64,000 nucleotides of DNA from a phage. Location of the stretch: the sequence record PV419677.1. One strand, written 5' to 3'. The translations under genes were made by a program, and so were the position numbers. Shown here one piece after another: positions 61,414 through 64,000 of the stretch. Under the pieces are notes generated by a model that searched no databases, was not told where the DNA came from, and saw only the letters and a list, made by a program, of their open reading frames with translations. Position 1 is the stretch's first letter. The number at the start of each line of letters is the position of its first letter.

Positions 61414-61692
61414 TTAAATTGCTTCGACAACTACCGTTTGTTTCTGGAAGTCCATTTTGCATGAAATAGCCAAAATGTGGTTATCAATTTTAAATGGAAC
61501 AATTGCAAATGCTGCACCAGGCGTGAGTTGAACAGTGATTGCATCAACTGCATCCGGGAACATGATTTCCAGAATAGCAGACAAACGACCGTGCACTTTT
61601 AGTTCAGTCGACACGTCGACGCTTTCGTATAGATAATCAGATACAATCTGACTAAAAAGTACTTTAACAATTTCAGAATATGTAGGAAACAT
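61414..61692 (-). CDS. hypothetical protein (cd.4 position)
   Basis: 92 aa ORF. Confidence 0.5.
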   Translation of the reverse strand: MFPTYSEIVKVLFSQIVSDYLYESVDVSTELKVHGRLSAILEIMFPDAVDAITVQLTPGAAFAIVPFKIDNHILAISCKMDFQKQTVVVEAI

Positions 61693-61726
61693 TTCTTTTC
61701 TCGCTTAGTTATTGGGGCTATCCAAA

Positions 61727-61764
61727 GGACCTAGACCCCATTATACCATAAAATTTTTAAAGCG
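61727..61764 (-). promoter_or_regulatory. MotA-type middle promoter module, variant palindrome (GGGGTCTAGGTCC)
   Basis: Minus strand: CGCTTTA (61764-61758), 12 nt, TATAAT (61745-61740), palindrome-like element. Confidence 0.45.
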
Positions 61765-61972
61765 TTAATGGACGGTATGCACCTTGACATTAACGATAAA
61801 TCGGTCAATGACTTCAGTCAGCGGAACGAATTCAACATAATATTCGCCCTTGTACCGTTCGTTGATGTCATTACGCAGTGCAGCCAGGTTATTGATAAGA
61901 GCAGGAGACATATTCTGACCTACCAGTTTCTGAAGCTCTTTATAAGCTTCTTCTTCAACTTCATGGTGTTTG

Positions 61973-61980
<8 letters not shown>
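61765..61980 (-). CDS. hypothetical protein (cd.5 position)
   Basis: Start ATG 61980 overlaps upstream stop (ATGTATAA); track start 62049 lies inside the upstream ORF. Confidence 0.45.
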
Positions 61981-63388
<1,408 letters not shown>

Positions 63389-63392
<4 letters not shown>

Positions 63393-63907
63393 ACACCAAG
63401 CTCCTTATAAAGTTCTTCGCGACAAGTTTTAAGGATTTTACCAGTTTCATAAGCTGCGCTTTCAGAAACATCACCAAGTGTAGCGGCAGCTTGCATTTGT
63501 CCATGACGTTTAGCCGCGTATTCAAAACTTTTTACTAGCTCACGAATACGTTCTTTTTCATTGTATTCTTCAATGAATTCTGGGTATTCCCAAACAGGTC
63601 GCATCATACGATACCAATGCTGAATAGTGATATAATTACTTCCATCCAGATTAATAATTTGTGAAGGCTTAATAGCACCCGGAGCATAAAAAGTTACCTG
63701 TCTTACTACATCAATACCGTCCACCATAGCCCAAGCAAAATCAAAAGTTGCCTTCTTTTCAATTGGTGTACTTGCACAGGACCCTAATTTTAAGAGCTTT
63801 TGTAATGCAGGGGATTTAACACCTGAAATGTATTCAGGATTAGCTACAAAAGAATTGTCACGTAAAGTCATAGTCATTTCCTCAAATTTTATAATCCGTG
63901 GGAGCAT
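63389..63907 (-). CDS. hypothetical protein; possibly Alc by size and position, unverified
   Basis: 172 aa ORF upstream of pseT; sequence not recognised. Confidence 0.3.
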
Positions 63908-64000
63908 TATACTCTACTCCCATAAGTTTGTACACTACTTACCAAAAATACCATGCATGCACATGCTAAACACGATTCCAAAACAAAAACATGCAGCACC

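Overview
The window is a contiguous segment of a T4-like (T-even type) myovirus genome with gene order essentially that of coliphage T4. Minus strand: gene 1 (partial), 3, 2, 4. Plus strand: 53, 5, 5.1, 5.4, 6, 7, 8, 9, 10, 11, 12, wac, 13-18, 19, 20, 67, 68, 21, 22, 23, 24. Then rnlB, hoc, inh (minus), uvsW (plus), uvsY, 25, 26 (minus), 51, 27, 28, 29, 48, 54 (plus), and alt, 30 (DNA ligase), the 30.x cluster, rIII, 31, cd, pseT (minus). Calls rest on recalled T4 protein sequences, catalytic motifs, synteny and the supplied ORF track; no database search or RNA folding was run. Promoters follow T4 logic: late TATAAATA boxes, MotA-type middle promoters and sigma70-like early promoters, with UUCG/GNRA-loop terminators. 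The departures from the T4 template are the interesting part: (i) four nuclease-type selfish genes wedged between essential structural genes (two HNH, one Seg-like GIY-YIG, one Cys-rich GIY-YIG-like); (ii) a tandem, diverged duplicate of vertex gene 24; (iii) MotA-type middle-promoter cassettes carrying a conserved GGTTCTAGACC palindrome, two of them aimed antisense at the HNH genes; (iv) palindromes with embedded late promoters flanking the HNH gene between 18 and 19; (v) a NADAR-like plus HAD-like pair beside ligase and Alt; (vi) a ~390 bp ORF-free stretch with a tRNA-like fragment; (vii) several small ORFs missing from the track. No rRNA, intact tRNA or CRISPR array was seen.
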